NCBI GenBank assembly: GCA_965207665.1
Contig: CBDBMV010000001.1
Span: 41,366-105,365 of the forward strand
From: Vicinamibacterales bacterium
GTDB lineage: Bacteria; Acidobacteriota; Vicinamibacteria; Vicinamibacterales; UBA8438
Length of the DNA: 64,000 nt
Direction: 5' to 3'
The position numbers and the translations under genes are program-made. This document shows, in pieces, positions 1-11,027 of the stretch; position 1 is the first letter of the stretch; each line of letters starts with the position of its first letter. The notes under the pieces were generated by a model that saw only the letters and a program-made list of their open reading frames with translations, was not told the origin of the DNA and did no database searches.

Positions 1-598
1 TGGCCAGCACCATGCCTTCCTTCAGGTACGGCCCGCGGCCCGGCTTGCCGTAGTTCGGAATCTGCGGCTCTTCATGCAGTTGCGTGCCGATGCCGTGCCC
101 GACGAACTCACGGACCACCGAAAACCCGCGCGACTCCACGTGGGTCTGGACGGCGTACCCGAGATCCGAGACGCGCCGCCCCACGCGCGCGCAGTCGATC
201 GCCAGATGCAGGGCGTCGCGGGTGACGTCGAGCAGCTCCGCCGCCGCGTCCGATATCGTGCCGACACCCACTGTCAGCGCCGCGTCGCCGTAATACCCGT
301 CCAGGACCACCCCCATGTCGAGCGACACGATGTCGCCCTCCACCAGCTCGCGCGCCGACGGAATGCCGTGCACCACGGCGTCGTTTATGGAGACGCACAA
401 CGTCGCGGGATACCCGTGATACCCCTTGAAGGCGGGGGTCGCACCAGCCTCGCGGACCCGCATCTCCGCCACTGCGTCGAGCTCCTGCGCCGTAACCCCG
501 GGCTTCACAACCTCCCGCAACTCGCCGAGCACGCCCGCGACGAGCGCATTGGCCGCGCGCATCTTGGCGACTTCCTCGGGCGACTTGCACACGATCAT
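1..598 (-). CDS. map: Methionine aminopeptidase type I, partial (C-terminus beyond window edge)
   Basis: Minus-strand frame open to the window edge, so absent from the ORF track. ATG at 598 gives MIVCKSPEEVAKMRAANALVAG... and reads ...LHEEPQIPNYGKPGRGPYLKEGMVLA at the edge, which are MetAP motifs. Lies directly after adk, as at spc-operon ends. Confidence 0.85.
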   Translation of the reverse strand, partial: MIVCKSPEEVAKMRAANALVAGVLGELREVVKPGVTAQELDAVAEMRVREAGATPAFKGYHGYPATLCVSINDAVVHGIPSARELVEGDIVSLDMGVVLDGYYGDAALTVGVGTISDAAAELLDVTRDALHLAIDCARVGRRVSDLGYAVQTHVESRGFSVVREFVGHGIGTQLHEEPQIPNYGKPGRGPYLKEGMVLA

Positions 599-611
599 CT
601 GGCCTCGCCTC

Positions 612-1289
612 TCACCCCACAGGCGACGGCTGGACATGAATCGCCGCCTGCGCGGCGTCGATCGCGCCGCCGATTGCAATGCGTACCGCCTCGGCCGGCT
701 GATTCCCGTCCACGCGGCGGAACGCCGGACGATCCCGGTAGAACGCCACCAGCGGCTCGGTCTGCTCGCGGTAGACCCGCAACCGCTCCTGCACGACCTC
801 CTCGCGATCGTCCTTGCGCGCCACGAGCGCGGCCCCGCAGCGCGTGCACACGACCGGAACCGCACCGGCGCCGGCGCCGAATGTCGCCCCGCACTTCCGG
901 CACACGCGGCGGCGCGAGAGACGCTCGACCAGCGCCCGATCCGGAACGCCCAGCTCGACGACGATCAGCGGGTCGCGGCCGGCGAGGATCTCGTCGAGCG
1001 CCACCGCCTGCGCCACGGTACGCGGGAAGCCGTCCAGTATGAATCCGTCCCGGGTATCGTCGCGCGCCAGACGCTCGCGGACGATCGCCACCATCAGCGC
1101 ATCGCTGACCAGTTCGCCGCGCTCCATCACCGCCTTGGCCTGCCGGCCGAGGTCCGTGCCGGCCTGGACCGCCTCGCGCAGGATGTCGCCGGTCGATATC
1201 TGCGGGATCCCGCGTTCCTGCTCGACGCGCACCGCCTGGGTTCCCTTGCCGGCGCCCGGCGGACCGAGCATGACCAGATTCAGCGCCAT
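612..1289 (-). CDS. adk: Adenylate kinase (zinc-lid type)
   Basis: MALNLVMLGPPGAGKGTQ P-loop, DGFPRT motif, CRKC...CTRC lid cysteines. Follows secY. Confidence 0.95.
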   Translation of the reverse strand: MALNLVMLGPPGAGKGTQAVRVEQERGIPQISTGDILREAVQAGTDLGRQAKAVMERGELVSDALMVAIVRERLARDDTRDGFILDGFPRTVAQAVALDEILAGRDPLIVVELGVPDRALVERLSRRRVCRKCGATFGAGAGAVPVVCTRCGAALVARKDDREEVVQERLRVYREQTEPLVAFYRDRPAFRRVDGNQPAEAVRIAIGGAIDAAQAAIHVQPSPVG

Positions 1290-1299
1290 TGCCCCCCGC

Positions 1300-2688
1300 C
1301 TACCCGCGGCGGCCCTTGATGCGGGTCTTCTTCATGAACCCGTCGTAATGCCGCATGATCAGTTGCGACTCGACCTGCTGCACGGTGTCCATCGACACCC
1401 CGACGATGATCAGCAGCGATGTCCCGCCGAAGTAGAACGTGACGCCCATGCCGTCGGTGATGAAGCGCGGCAGCAGCGTGTCGAGCTGATCGCCGAAGAA
1501 CGGCACGGCGTCGGCCCGGAAGCCCGCAATCAGCAGGTCGGGCAGCACGGCGACCGACGCCAGATAGATCGATCCCACCAGCGTGATGCGGGTGAGGATG
1601 GTGTCGATATGCTCCGCGGTCCGCTTGCCGGGCCGGATGCCGGGAATGAACCCGCCGTACTTGCGCATGTTCTCCGCGACATCGTCCGGATTGAAGATGA
1701 TGGCCGTATAGAAATAGGCGAAGAAGATGATGCCGGCCATGTACAGCAGGTAGTACAGCGGCATGCCGTTGCGCAACTGATCGGTGATTGCCTGTCCCCA
1801 GCCGCCTGCGGGGAACGCGGTCGCGACCGTCGCAGGAAAGGCGATGATCGAGGACGCGAAGATGACCGGAATCACGCCGCCGGTGTTTACCTTCAGCGGG
1901 ATGTGGGTGCTGCTGCCGCCGTACATGCGCCGCCCCACCATGCGCTTCGCGTACTGCACGGTGACGCGGCGGTGTCCGCGCTCGATGAACACGACGGCCG
2001 CCACGACCAGGATCATCAGCGCGAGCAGCACCAGGACGCGGATGAGGCCCATCTGGCCGGTACGCATCTGGTCGAGCGTCGTGAGCACCGCGGTCGGCAG
2101 GCCGACGACGATGCCGGCGAAGATGATCAGCGACATCCCGTTGCCGATGCCGCGCTCGGTGATCTGCTCGCCCAGCCACATGATGAAGCCGGTGCCGGTG
2201 GTCAGCGTCAGGACCGTCATGAGCCGGAACGGCCAGCCCGGCTCGTAGACGAGCGGCAGGCCGCCGGCGATGTTGGTCTGGCGCTCCAGGAATATCGCGA
2301 TCGCCAGCGACTGCACGACGCACAGCAGAATGGTGCCGTAGCGCGTGTATTGCGTGATCTTGCGCCGTCCCAGCTCGCCTTCCTTGGAGAGCCGCTCGAG
2401 GTACGGCCAGACGACCGTCAGCAACTGCAGGATGATCGAGGCGCTGATGTACGGCATGATGCCGAGCGCGAAGATCGTGACCTGCGACAGGTTGCCGCCG
2501 GAGAACATGTCGTACAGGCCGAACATCGTGCCTGCCGCCTGCTCCGCGAGCAAGGCGAGCGCCTCCGTGTTCACGCCCGGCGTCGGGATGTGGCTGCCGA
2601 CGCGATAGACCAGCAGAATCGAAAGCGTGAACAGCACACGCTTCCGCAGATCCGGTATCGCGAAGATGTTCCTGATGTTCTCGAACAT
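1300..2688 (-). CDS. secY: Preprotein translocase subunit SecY
   Basis: 462 aa multi-TM protein. N-terminus ...[12 protein letters not shown]..., ...[11 protein letters not shown]... and other typical SecY blocks. Position after rplO. Confidence 0.97.
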   Translation of the reverse strand: MFENIRNIFAIPDLRKRVLFTLSILLVYRVGSHIPTPGVNTEALALLAEQAAGTMFGLYDMFSGGNLSQVTIFALGIMPYISASIILQLLTVVWPYLERLSKEGELGRRKITQYTRYGTILLCVVQSLAIAIFLERQTNIAGGLPLVYEPGWPFRLMTVLTLTTGTGFIMWLGEQITERGIGNGMSLIIFAGIVVGLPTAVLTTLDQMRTGQMGLIRVLVLLALMILVVAAVVFIERGHRRVTVQYAKRMVGRRMYGGSSTHIPLKVNTGGVIPVIFASSIIAFPATVATAFPAGGWGQAITDQLRNGMPLYYLLYMAGIIFFAYFYTAIIFNPDDVAENMRKYGGFIPGIRPGKRTAEHIDTILTRITLVGSIYLASVAVLPDLLIAGFRADAVPFFGDQLDTLLPRFITDGMGVTFYFGGTSLLIIVGVSMDTVQQVESQLIMRHYDGFMKKTRIKGRRG

Positions 2689-2696
2689 CTGCCGGA

Positions 2697-3158
2697 CTAC
2701 CTTTCGGTACCGCCTCCCAGCACCTCGGCCCGGCCGCCCGCGGCCTCAATCGCCTTGCCGGCCTGTGCGCTGAAGCGGTGCGCCTTGACGATCAGCTTCT
2801 TCGACAGCTCGCCCCGCCCCAGTACCTTTATCGGCGCCCGGGACTCGCGCACTATGCGGCGCTCGCGGAGCAGCTCGGGCGTCACCTCCGCGCCCTCATC
2901 GAACCGTTCCGACAGCGTGTCGAGGTTCACGATGGCGTACTCCACGCGAAACGGATTATGGAATCCGCGCTTCGGCACGCGGCGGTGCAGCGGCATCTGG
3001 CCGCCCTCGAATCCCCGCTTGCGCTTGTACCCGGATCGCGACTTGGCGCCCTTGTGCCCGCGGCCCGCGGTCACGCCGGTGCCGGAACCGTCGCCGCGGC
3101 CTATCCGCTTGCGCTTGCGCCGCGCGCCGTCCGGTGGGTGCAGGTTGCTGAGATCCAT
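2697..3158 (-). CDS. rplO: 50S ribosomal protein L15
   Basis: 153 aa, [19 protein letters not shown] motif. spc-operon order. Confidence 0.95.
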   Translation of the reverse strand: MDLSNLHPPDGARRKRKRIGRGDGSGTGVTAGRGHKGAKSRSGYKRKRGFEGGQMPLHRRVPKRGFHNPFRVEYAIVNLDTLSERFDEGAEVTPELLRERRIVRESRAPIKVLGRGELSKKLIVKAHRFSAQAGKAIEAAGGRAEVLGGGTER

Positions 3159-3164
3159 GATTTC

Positions 3165-3365
3165 CTATCCGACGCGCACGAGATGGCGCACCTTGTGCAG
3201 CATGCCGCGGACGGACGGGTTGTCGACGACATCCACCGCATGGCCGATCCGCCGCAGGCCGAGCCCTTTCACCACGAGCGCCTGGCGCTTGTCGTATCCG
3301 ATTGGGCTGCGCACCAGGGTCACCCTGACGCGCGGCGCCGTCTCGTTTCTGCGGCCTCGCCTCAT
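3165..3365 (-). CDS. rpmD: 50S ribosomal protein L30
   Basis: 66 aa, ...[11 protein letters not shown]...Q...[10 protein letters not shown].... Between rpsE and rplO. Confidence 0.9.
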   Translation of the reverse strand: MRRGRRNETAPRVRVTLVRSPIGYDKRQALVVKGLGLRRIGHAVDVVDNPSVRGMLHKVRHLVRVG

Positions 3366-3910
3366 GACTCGGCGGCCTCCTGCTCCGCCGCGGCCTCGTC
3401 ACCATCTCCGAGCGGCAGCTCGATGCCGCGCAGGCGCGCCACGGTAACCGGATCCTTCAGTTCCGACAGCCCGACGAAGGTGGCGCGCACCACGTTGTGC
3501 GGATTGTCGGAACCCAGCGACTTGGTCAGGATGTTGTGGATGCCGGCCGACTCCACGACCGCCCGCACGGCGCCGCCGGCGATGATTCCGGTCCCCTCCG
3601 GTGCAGGCTTCAGCAGCACGCTGCCCGCGCCGAACCGCCCCACGATGGTGTGCGGTATGGTCGTGCCCTGCAGCGGCACGCGCACGAGCGCCTTCTTGGC
3701 CGCCTCGATGCCCTTCTTGATGGCCGACGGCACCTCCTTGGCCTTGCCGACCGCGAAGCCGACGTGCCCCAGGCCGTCGCCGACAACGACGAGCGCGCTG
3801 AAGCTCAGGTTCTTGCCGCCCTTGACTACCTTCGTAACCCGGTTGATCGACACGACCGTATCCTTCAGGTCGAGCGCGGAGGGGTCGATCTTCGGTCGCG
3901 ACTCGTACAT
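3362..3910 (-). CDS. rpsE: 30S ribosomal protein S5
   Basis: 182 aa, ...[41 protein letters not shown].... Stop overlaps the rpmD start. Confidence 0.96.
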   Translation of the reverse strand: MYESRPKIDPSALDLKDTVVSINRVTKVVKGGKNLSFSALVVVGDGLGHVGFAVGKAKEVPSAIKKGIEAAKKALVRVPLQGTTIPHTIVGRFGAGSVLLKPAPEGTGIIAGGAVRAVVESAGIHNILTKSLGSDNPHNVVRATFVGLSELKDPVTVARLRGIELPLGDGDEAAAEQEAAES

Positions 3911-3912
3911 TC

Positions 3913-4287
3913 CTAGAACTCCAGACCGGCATCTCGCGCCGCCTCGGCCACGCTGCGCACGCGGCCGTGATAAAGGCGGCCGCCGCGGTCGAAGACGGCC
4001 TGCTTGATGCCCTGCTCCAGCAGCCGCTCGGCGGCCACGCGGCCAACTACGCCGGCGCCCGCCACGTTGCTGCCGCGGGCGCCGTTCTCGAACTTCGCGC
4101 GCACGCTCGCCTCGAGACTCGAGGCGGCCGCCAGCGTACGGCCGGCCTGGTCGTCGATGATCTGCACCGAGATGTGCGTGAGACTCCTGCAGACGGCCAG
4201 GCGCGGGCGTGTCGCGGTGCCGCTGATCCGCCGGCGCTGGCGCAGCCGGATCCTGTTGCGGCGGTCCTTCTTGGTCTTGATCTTCAT
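3913..4287 (-). CDS. rplR: 50S ribosomal protein L18
   Basis: 124 aa, [20 protein letters not shown]...[12 protein letters not shown] motifs. Confidence 0.95.
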   Translation of the reverse strand: MKIKTKKDRRNRIRLRQRRRISGTATRPRLAVCRSLTHISVQIIDDQAGRTLAAASSLEASVRAKFENGARGSNVAGAGVVGRVAAERLLEQGIKQAVFDRGGRLYHGRVRSVAEAARDAGLEF

Positions 4288-4290
4288 CGG

Positions 4291-4830
4291 CTAGGCCCCG
4301 GTCTTGCCGACCTTCTTCTTGAGCACCTCGCCCGTGTACCGGATCCCTTTCTGCTTGTACGGATCGGGTTTGCGGAGCGCGCGGATGTCAGCCGCGATCT
4401 GGCCGACGCGCTGGCGGTCGATGCCGGCCACCGTGATGTGGTTCTGCTTGTCGACCGCGATCTGGATGCCGTCCGGAACGTCGAACTGAATGGGGTGCGA
4501 GTATCCGAGGTGGAACACGACCTGCGACCCCGACACTTCCGCGCGGTAACCGATGCCGACTATGTCGAGCTCCTTCGTGAAGCCCTGCGACACGCCGTGG
4601 ACGGCGTTCGCCACCAGGCTGCGGGCCAGACCGTGAAACTTGCTCGCCGAGCGGTCGGCCGGCTCCGACGGCCGCGCGGACAGCACGCCGCCTTTCTCCT
4701 CGAACAGGATCCCCGGCGGAACCACCTGCCGCAGCGACCCCTTGGGTCCGCGCACCTCGACCTCGCCCTCTCCAACCTGCACGGTGACGCCGTCGGGCAG
4801 CGGAATCGGCTGCCGGCCTACGCGTGACAC
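4291..4830 (-). CDS. rplF: 50S ribosomal protein L6
   Basis: 179 aa, [15 protein letters not shown]...GIGYRA...[11 protein letters not shown]. Confidence 0.96.
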   Translation of the reverse strand: MSRVGRQPIPLPDGVTVQVGEGEVEVRGPKGSLRQVVPPGILFEEKGGVLSARPSEPADRSASKFHGLARSLVANAVHGVSQGFTKELDIVGIGYRAEVSGSQVVFHLGYSHPIQFDVPDGIQIAVDKQNHITVAGIDRQRVGQIAADIRALRKPDPYKQKGIRYTGEVLKKKVGKTGA

Positions 4831-4857
4831 GTCCGCACCACCTCTGCCGCAGGGGCT

Positions 4858-5268
4858 CTACCACACATTGCACAACACCTCGCCGCCGACGCCGACCTTC
4901 GCGGCGTCGCGGCCTGTCATGACTCCCCGCGACGTCGTCAGGATGCTGGTCCCGAGGCCGGCCAACACCGGCGGGGCCTTGTCCCGCGCGAAGTACACCC
5001 GGCGGCCCGGACGGCTCACCCGCTGGAGTCCCGACAGCACGCGCTGGCCGCGGGGGCCGTACTTGAGCGCTATGCGGATCATCTTCCGCGGCTGCGTGCC
5101 GCGGCGGCCCGCCACCTCGACGATCTTGAATCCCTGCACGTATCCTTCGCTCTGGAGGATGCGCGAGATCTCGAGCTTGAGTCTCGAGGCCGGCACGTCA
5201 ACGCGCGCCTGCCGCACGGACGTTGCGTTGCGTATCCTCGTGAGCATGTCAGCAATCTGATCGGGCAT
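4858..5268 (-). CDS. rpsH: 30S ribosomal protein S8
   Basis: 136 aa, DQIADMLTRIRNA...ILTTSRGVMT...GGEVLCNVW. Confidence 0.96.
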   Translation of the reverse strand: MPDQIADMLTRIRNATSVRQARVDVPASRLKLEISRILQSEGYVQGFKIVEVAGRRGTQPRKMIRIALKYGPRGQRVLSGLQRVSRPGRRVYFARDKAPPVLAGLGTSILTTSRGVMTGRDAAKVGVGGEVLCNVW

Positions 5269-5352
5269 CAGCCTTCGACCTCTCTACGTCTCACCTTGCT
5301 CGTGCGCGCCGCGGCGCATGCGGCCCGCGGTCGCGAGCCGCCGCGCGTTCAC

Positions 5353-5538
5353 CTACCAGCTGCTCTTCGTCACGCCCGCAATCTCGCCCTCCAGGGCCAG
5401 CTTGCGGAAGCACAGACGGCACAACTGGAACTTGCGGAGGTACCCGCGCGGCCTGCCGCACAGCCGGCAACGATTCCGCGCGCGGACCTTGAACTTCGGC
5501 GGCTTGAGCTCCCTGACCTTCTTGGCGATTGTCGACAT
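5353..5538 (-). CDS. rpsN: 30S ribosomal protein S14, short zinc-binding (type Z) form
   Basis: 61 aa, [22 protein letters not shown] with CxxC...CxxC. Between rplE and rpsH. Confidence 0.93.
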   Translation of the reverse strand: MSTIAKKVRELKPPKFKVRARNRCRLCGRPRGYLRKFQLCRLCFRKLALEGEIAGVTKSSW

Positions 5539-5559
5539 CAGTACCTGTCACACAGCGGT

Positions 5560-6105
5560 TTACTGGCTCGTCCGGAACGGCATCCCCAGCAGCTTCAGCA
5601 ACATCCTCCCCTCGTCGTCCGTCCTGGCCGTAGTGACGACGCAGACGTTCATGCCGCGAGACTGATCCACCTTCATGTAGTCGATCTCCAGGAAGATCAA
5701 CTGGTCCCGGAGCCCCAGCGTGTAGTTGCCGCGGCCGTCGAAGCCGTTCGGCGAAATGCCCCGGAAGTCACGCACGCGCGGCAGCGCGATCGAAATGAGG
5801 CGATCCAGGAACTCGTACATCCGCGCGCCGCGCAGCGTCACCATCGATCCGATGGCCATCCCCTGCCGCAGCTTGAACGCCGCCACCGACTTGCGGGCCC
5901 TGGTGGTGACCGGCTTCTGTCCGGTGATGCGCATCAACTCGTCCGCGCCGGCCTCGATCAGCTTGGGATTCTGCGTCGCTTCGCCGAGTCCCATGTTGAC
6001 GACGATCCGCTCGACCTTCGGCACGGCCATGATGCTCGTGTACCCGAACTCCTTGCGGAGCGCCGGGATCACGGTGTCGCGATAACGCTGCTGCAGCCGG
6101 CTCAC
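5560..6105 (-). CDS. rplE: 50S ribosomal protein L5
   Basis: ORF-track entry (to 6195) trimmed to the GTG at 6105, giving [20 protein letters not shown]..., the usual L5 N-terminus. That GTG overlaps the rplX stop as GTGA. Confidence 0.94.
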   Translation of the reverse strand: MSRLQQRYRDTVIPALRKEFGYTSIMAVPKVERIVVNMGLGEATQNPKLIEAGADELMRITGQKPVTTRARKSVAAFKLRQGMAIGSMVTLRGARMYEFLDRLISIALPRVRDFRGISPNGFDGRGNYTLGLRDQLIFLEIDYMKVDQSRGMNVCVVTTARTDDEGRMLLKLLGMPFRTSQ

Positions 6106-6434
6106 TTGTCCACCGCTCCGTCGCACTTGCGGCAAATGCGTATCTTGCGCCCGTCCCCCAGAAGCTGGCGCCCGATCCGCGTCGGTGCACCGCATTCCGG
6201 GCAGACGATCTGCACGTTGGACGCGTGCACGGACCCCTCGCGCTCGACGACGCCGCCCTTGATGTTGCGCTGCGGGTTCGGCCGCGTGTGGCGCTTGATG
6301 AAGTTCACGCCCTCGATCACCAGGCGGTTCCGCGCCGGCAGCACCTTCAGCACGCGGCCGCGCTTGCCGCGGTCCTTGCCGGTGACGACCAGCACGTTGT
6401 CGTTCTTGCGAACCGGGGTCTGGAGTTTGGACAT
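6102..6434 (-). CDS. rplX: 50S ribosomal protein L24
   Basis: 110 aa, [25 protein letters not shown] motif. Confidence 0.95.
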   Translation of the reverse strand: MSKLQTPVRKNDNVLVVTGKDRGKRGRVLKVLPARNRLVIEGVNFIKRHTRPNPQRNIKGGVVEREGSVHASNVQIVCPECGAPTRIGRQLLGDGRKIRICRKCDGAVDK

Positions 6435-6459
6435 GGCGTCGGAATTCAGGGCGCGGCGC

Positions 6460-6828
6460 TCACAGCACCTCGGGCGCCAGCGAAATGATCTTCATGAACT
6501 TGCGCTCGCGCAGCTCGCGGGCGACCGGCCCGAAAACGCGGGTGCCGATCGGCTCGTTCTGCTCGTTGACCAGCACGGCCGCGTTGCGGTCGAACCGGAT
6601 GTAGCTGCCGTCCCGGCGGCGGTGCTCCTTGTGCGTCCTGACGATGACGGCCTTGACTACCTGGCCCTTCTTGACGGCGGACGCGGGCGCCGCTTCCTTG
6701 ACCGAGGCGGTCACGACATCCCCGAGCCTCGCGTAGCGGCCGGTCGAGCCGCCGACCGGATTGATGACCGCAATCTTGCGGGCGCCGGAATTGTCGGCGA
6801 CGTCCAGCAGCGACTGCATCTGAATCAT
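6460..6828 (-). CDS. rplN: 50S ribosomal protein L14
   Basis: 122 aa, [18 protein letters not shown]... Confidence 0.97.
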   Translation of the reverse strand: MIQMQSLLDVADNSGARKIAVINPVGGSTGRYARLGDVVTASVKEAAPASAVKKGQVVKAVIVRTHKEHRRRDGSYIRFDRNAAVLVNEQNEPIGTRVFGPVARELRERKFMKIISLAPEVL

Positions 6829-6843
6829 GGCGAGTGGTTCCTC

Positions 6844-7098
6844 TTACACGATGCGGGCCCGCTCGACCACGCGGCTGACGACGAACCGCTTGCGGCGGCT
6901 GAGCGGCCGCGATTCGACGAGCGCGACGCGATCGCCCACGCGGGCGCTGTTCTCTTCGTCGTGGGCCATGAACCGCGTCGTCAGCCGCCGGATCTTGCCG
7001 TAGACGGCGCCGCGCACCCGGCGCTCGACGGCGACGATGACGCCCTTGTCCAGCTTGTCCCGCACCACCAGGCCGATCATTTCCCGCTTGTTGGCCAT
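6844..7098 (-). CDS. rpsQ: 30S ribosomal protein S17
   Basis: 84 aa, ...GLVVRDKLDKGVIVAVERRV...YGK.... Confidence 0.95.
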   Translation of the reverse strand: MANKREMIGLVVRDKLDKGVIVAVERRVRGAVYGKIRRLTTRFMAHDEENSARVGDRVALVESRPLSRRKRFVVSRVVERARIV

Positions 7099-7128
7099 CG
7101 CTTCGTCTTTCCCGCCCGCCGCCGCCGA

Positions 7129-7341
7129 TCAGCGGCCCTCCGCGGCATCCGCTAGCTCGCGCTCACGCAGCACCGTCAGGACGCGCGCCCGCTGGCGGCG
7201 CAGTTGCCGCATCTTGTTCGCGGCATCCGTCTGTCCCATCGACTTCTGGATGCGCAGGCGAAACACCTGGTCGTCGAGCTCTCCGATGCGTTGCCGGAGA
7301 TCCTCCGGGCCCAGCTCCCGCAGCTCGCCGATGTCCGTCAT
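7129..7341 (-). CDS. rpmC: 50S ribosomal protein L29
   Basis: 70 aa, ...[26 protein letters not shown].... Start overlaps the rplP stop. Confidence 0.92.
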   Translation of the reverse strand: MTDIGELRELGPEDLRQRIGELDDQVFRLRIQKSMGQTDAANKMRQLRRQRARVLTVLRERELADAAEGR

Positions 7342-7763
7342 ACGCTGCCGGCCTCACCGAACCGGGTTGCGAACTTCGTATGTATCGGCAGCTTCGCCGC
7401 CGCCAGGCGCATCGCCCGCTGCGCGACATCCGCGCTCACGCCTTCCATCTCGAACAGGATCTTGCCCGGCCGCACTACCGCCACCCACTGCTCCGGCGCG
7501 CCCTTGCCCTTGCCCATGCGGGTTTCCTGCGGTTTCTTGGTGATCGGCTTGTCCGGAAACACGCGCACCCAGATCTTTCCGCCGCGCTTGACGGCGCGCG
7601 TCATCGCGACCCGGGCCGCCTCTATCTGGCGGTCGGTGATCCAGTGCGATTCGAGCGCCTTCAGGCCGTAGTCCCCGAACGACACGGTGGAGCCGCGCCA
7701 CGCCTTGCCGACCATCCGGCCCCGGTGCTGCTTGCGATGCTTGACCTTCTTCGGCATCAACAT
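7338..7763 (-). CDS. rplP: 50S ribosomal protein L16
   Basis: 141 aa, [17 protein letters not shown].... Confidence 0.97.
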   Translation of the reverse strand: MLMPKKVKHRKQHRGRMVGKAWRGSTVSFGDYGLKALESHWITDRQIEAARVAMTRAVKRGGKIWVRVFPDKPITKKPQETRMGKGKGAPEQWVAVVRPGKILFEMEGVSADVAQRAMRLAAAKLPIHTKFATRFGEAGSV

Positions 7764-7782
7764 GGTGGCTGTCCCTTCCGTG

Positions 7783-8460
7783 CTACGCCCGGGCCATGCG
7801 CGGCGTGCGGTACTCCTCTTCGCGCCCCGTTTGCGGCTCCAGGCGCTCGCCCTTGTAGAGCCAGACCTTCACGCCGATGACGCCGTAGGTCGTGCGGGCC
7901 TCCCAGAACCCGTAGTCGATGTCCGCGCGCAGCGTCTGCAGCGGCAGTTGGCCGTGCAGGTACCATTCGGACCGCGCAATCTCGGCGCCGTTGAGGCGCC
8001 CGCCCACACGCACCTTGATGCCGCGCGCGCCGAACCGCAGGGCCGACTCCACCGCCTTGCGCATGGCGCGCCGGAACGCGACCCGCTTCTCGAGCTGCAG
8101 CGCCACCGACTCGCTTATCAACTGCGCGTCGAGCTCCGGCTTCTGGATCTCCTGGATGTTGATGAAGACCTCGCGGCTCGTGCGCTTCTGGATGTCGGAC
8201 TTCAGCTTCTCGACTTCCGTTCCCTTGCGGCCGATGATGATGCCCGGCCGCGAAGTATGGATGTCGAGCTTCAGCTTGTTGGCGGCCCGCTCGATTTCGA
8301 TCTTCGATACGCCGGCATGCGAGAAGCGCTTCTTGAGGTCGCCGCGCAGGCCGAGGTCCTCGTGCAGCAGCGCCGCATAGTCGCGATCCGCGTACCAGCG
8401 CGAGCGCCAGGTCTTGTTGAACCCGAGTCTAAATCCGTAAGGGTGAACCTTTTGTCCCAT
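7783..8460 (-). CDS. rpsC: 30S ribosomal protein S3
   Basis: 225 aa, [13 protein letters not shown]....W.SRWYA... KH-domain blocks. Confidence 0.97.
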   Translation of the reverse strand: MGQKVHPYGFRLGFNKTWRSRWYADRDYAALLHEDLGLRGDLKKRFSHAGVSKIEIERAANKLKLDIHTSRPGIIIGRKGTEVEKLKSDIQKRTSREVFINIQEIQKPELDAQLISESVALQLEKRVAFRRAMRKAVESALRFGARGIKVRVGGRLNGAEIARSEWYLHGQLPLQTLRADIDYGFWEARTTYGVIGVKVWLYKGERLEPQTGREEEYRTPRMARA

Positions 8461-8482
8461 ACCCTGTCCCAGTCCGCTGCCG

Positions 8483-8950
8483 TCAGTTTCCGGAGCGCCC
8501 GCGGCGCCGGCGACGGCGCGGGCGGTTGCCTGCCGCGGACGCGGGCCCGGCGGGGCTCACGGCCGTCTCCTCCCCGGGTTCGCCGCCCGTCACCGCCGTC
8601 ACCGCCTCCGGCTCCTCCCGCACGGCCACCGTCAGGTGCGACGTCCGCTTCGTGATGCGGAACGCGCGCCCCATGGGCGCAGCGCGGATGCGCTTGAGCG
8701 ACGGTCCCTGGTTGGCGTAGCACTCGTCGACCCACAGCCGGTCGGTGTCGCCGCTGGCGCCCTCCCGCTGCTGCAGGTTCGCAACCGCCGAGCGGAGCAC
8801 CTTGGCAATGTCCCTCGCCACGCTCTTGCGGGTGAACCGCAGGATGGCCACCGCATCGTCGACCATGCGCCCGCGGATCAGATCCATGACGAGCTTGGCC
8901 TTCTGCGCCGACGTCCGTACGTACCGCGCGGTTGCCCGGCCTTCCATCAC
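8483..8950 (-). CDS. rplV: 50S ribosomal protein L22 with a C-terminal extension of about 45 aa
   Basis: 155 aa. [26 protein letters not shown]... core, then a Pro/Gly/Arg-rich tail (...[15 protein letters not shown]). Confidence 0.93.
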   Translation of the reverse strand: MMEGRATARYVRTSAQKAKLVMDLIRGRMVDDAVAILRFTRKSVARDIAKVLRSAVANLQQREGASGDTDRLWVDECYANQGPSLKRIRAAPMGRAFRITKRTSHLTVAVREEPEAVTAVTGGEPGEETAVSPAGPASAAGNRPRRRRRRGRSGN

Positions 8951-9243
8951 CGACCGCCCCTGGCGACGCCCGCGACCTTCTCACCGCGACCGGTATGGCC
9001 GCGGAAGGTGCGGGTCGGCGAGAATTCGCCGAGCTTGTGGCCGACCATGTTCTCGCTGATGTAGACCGGCACGAACTTCTTTCCGTTGTGAACCGCCAGC
9101 GTGTGGCCGATCATCTCCGGCACGACCGTCGAACGTCGCGACCAGGTCTTGACGACCTTGCGTTCGTTGTTCCGGTTCATCACTTCGATCTTCTCAAGGA
9201 GCGGAAGGTCGACGAACGGGCCTTTCTTCAGCGATCGACTCAT
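8947..9243 (-). CDS. rpsS: 30S ribosomal protein S19
   Basis: 98 aa, [12 protein letters not shown]...[12 protein letters not shown]...[15 protein letters not shown]. Confidence 0.97.
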   Translation of the reverse strand: MSRSLKKGPFVDLPLLEKIEVMNRNNERKVVKTWSRRSTVVPEMIGHTLAVHNGKKFVPVYISENMVGHKLGEFSPTRTFRGHTGRGEKVAGVARGGR

Positions 9244-9261
9244 CGCGGCAACTCTCCAACC

Positions 9262-10098
9262 CTACCTGGAACGCTTGCGCTTCTTGCGTTGCAGGATGAA
9301 CTTGTCCGACGGCTTCTTGCGGCGCGTCTTGTAGCCCTTCGCCGGCTGCCCCCACGGCGAGACCGGATGGCGTCCGCCGGCGGCGTGCCCCTCACCGCCC
9401 CCCAGCGGGTGGTCGACCGGATTCATGGAGTTGCCGCAGACGTGCGGCCGCCGGCCGCGCCAGCGGTTCCGTCCGGCCTTGCCGATCGAGACGTTCGCAT
9501 GGTCGACGTTGCCGACCCGTCCGATGGTCGCCAGGCTGTCGCGGGTCACCAGGCGGGTCTCGCCGGACGGCAGCTTCACCGTGACGTACTTCCCCTCCTT
9601 GGCCACGACCTGCACCTGCGACCCGGCGCTGCGCGCGAGCTGCCCGCCCTTGCCGGGGCGCAGCTCGACGTTGTGCACCACCGTCCCGAGCGGGATGTTC
9701 TTGAGCGGGATGGCGTTGCCCGGCACGATATCCGCCCGCTCGCTCGCCACCACGGTGTCGCCGACCTTCAGGCCGACGGGGTGCAGGATGTAACGTTTCT
9801 CGCCGTCGGCGTACGTCAGCAACGAAATCCGCGCCGAACGGTTCGGGTCGTATTCGATCGTCGCAACCTTCGCCGGCACGTCCCGCTTGTCGCGGCGGAA
9901 GTCGATGACGCGGTAGGCCCGCTTGTGACCGCCGCCGCGCCACCAGATCGTCACCTCGCCCTGGTTGTTCCGCCCGCCGGACTTCTTGAGCGGCTGGGTC
10001 AGCGGCCGGTACGGTCGATCCGTCGTGATCTCGTCGAAGTCGCGGGCGGACTGGAACCGCCGGCCCGCCGACGTCGGCTTGTATTTGCGCGTTGCCAT
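9262..10098 (-). CDS. rplB: 50S ribosomal protein L2
   Basis: 278 aa, ...[14 protein letters not shown]...G..MNPVDHP.GGGEG.... Confidence 0.97.
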   Translation of the reverse strand: MATRKYKPTSAGRRFQSARDFDEITTDRPYRPLTQPLKKSGGRNNQGEVTIWWRGGGHKRAYRVIDFRRDKRDVPAKVATIEYDPNRSARISLLTYADGEKRYILHPVGLKVGDTVVASERADIVPGNAIPLKNIPLGTVVHNVELRPGKGGQLARSAGSQVQVVAKEGKYVTVKLPSGETRLVTRDSLATIGRVGNVDHANVSIGKAGRNRWRGRRPHVCGNSMNPVDHPLGGGEGHAAGGRHPVSPWGQPAKGYKTRRKKPSDKFILQRKKRKRSR

Positions 10099-10116
10099 CG
10101 TCTACCCCGCCCGCCC

Positions 10117-10407
10117 CTACGATCCCTCGAGGAAGTCGGGCAGCTTTTCTCCCGGCTTCAGGCGCACGTACGCCTTCTTCCAGTCGGGCCGCTGTCCCAC
10201 GAAGCGTCCCTGGCGCTTCATCTTGCCGTGGGCAATCGCGGTCCGCACGTCCGCCACCTTCACCCCCAGCAGACGCTCGACCGCGCGCTTGACGTCCACC
10301 TTGGTGGCCGCCATGGCAACCTCGAACAGCAGGATCTGGCGGTCCTCCATCAGCACCGAGGATTTCTCGGTCACGATGGCCCGCCGGATGACGTCTGTCT
10401 GCTTCAC
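10117..10407 (-). CDS. rplW: 50S ribosomal protein L23
   Basis: 96 aa, ...IRRAIVTEKS......F.V...A.K..VK.AVE..... Overlaps the rplD stop. Confidence 0.93.
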   Translation of the reverse strand: MKQTDVIRRAIVTEKSSVLMEDRQILLFEVAMAATKVDVKRAVERLLGVKVADVRTAIAHGKMKRQGRFVGQRPDWKKAYVRLKPGEKLPDFLEGS

Positions 10408-11027
10408 GCAGCCAATACCTTCCCGAGATGCTCCACCGCGGCCGGCGTCATGAGAATCCGGGCCGCGGCTGCGACGTCACGCGCAGTCACCCGATTGGAA
10501 TCGACCACCCGCACCCGCGCCAGGTTCTGCACGGCGCGCCTCAGATGCTCCTCGGACCTTGCGTCCACGAGCAGCGCCCGGCCCTCGACGTCGAGTTGCG
10601 CGAGCAGCTCCACGGCCTGGCTGGTCTTCGGCTCGTCCACCGCCAGTTGATCGACCACGGTCACGGCGCCGTCGCGCAACTTCTGGATCAGCGCGGCCCG
10701 CAACGCACGGCGCACGACCTTCTTCGGCAGCGCATAGGCGTAGCTGCGCGGCCGCGGACCGAATGTCGTGCCGCCCGTGCGCCACAGCGGGTTGCGGATC
10801 TCGCCGACGCGGGCACGGCCGGTGCCCTTCTGCCGCCACGGCTTCCTGCCTGATCCCCTCACCTCGCCACGGGTCTTCGTGCTGTGCGTGCCGCGCCGCG
10901 CGGCCGCGTTCTCCTGCACGACGGACTCCCATACCAGCCCTGCGTCGACCGGGCCGCCGAACGTCTCGTCGTCGAGATCGATCGAGCCGACCTTCTCGTT
11001 CTGCCGGTTGACCACGTCCAACGTCAT
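10404..11027 (-). CDS. rplD: 50S ribosomal protein L4
   Basis: 207 aa, ...[36 protein letters not shown].... Confidence 0.95.
   Translation of the reverse strand: MTLDVVNRQNEKVGSIDLDDETFGGPVDAGLVWESVVQENAAARRGTHSTKTRGEVRGSGRKPWRQKGTGRARVGEIRNPLWRTGGTTFGPRPRSYAYALPKKVVRRALRAALIQKLRDGAVTVVDQLAVDEPKTSQAVELLAQLDVEGRALLVDARSEEHLRRAVQNLARVRVVDSNRVTARDVAAAARILMTPAAVEHLGKVLAA

Noticed and set aside
814-3447. 877-aa plus-strand ORF spanning adk/secY/rplO/rpmD
   Set aside because: It is antisense to four strongly supported genes. Its translation is Arg/Ala/Pro-rich low-complexity sequence with no family motifs, as expected for open antisense frames in very GC-rich DNA.
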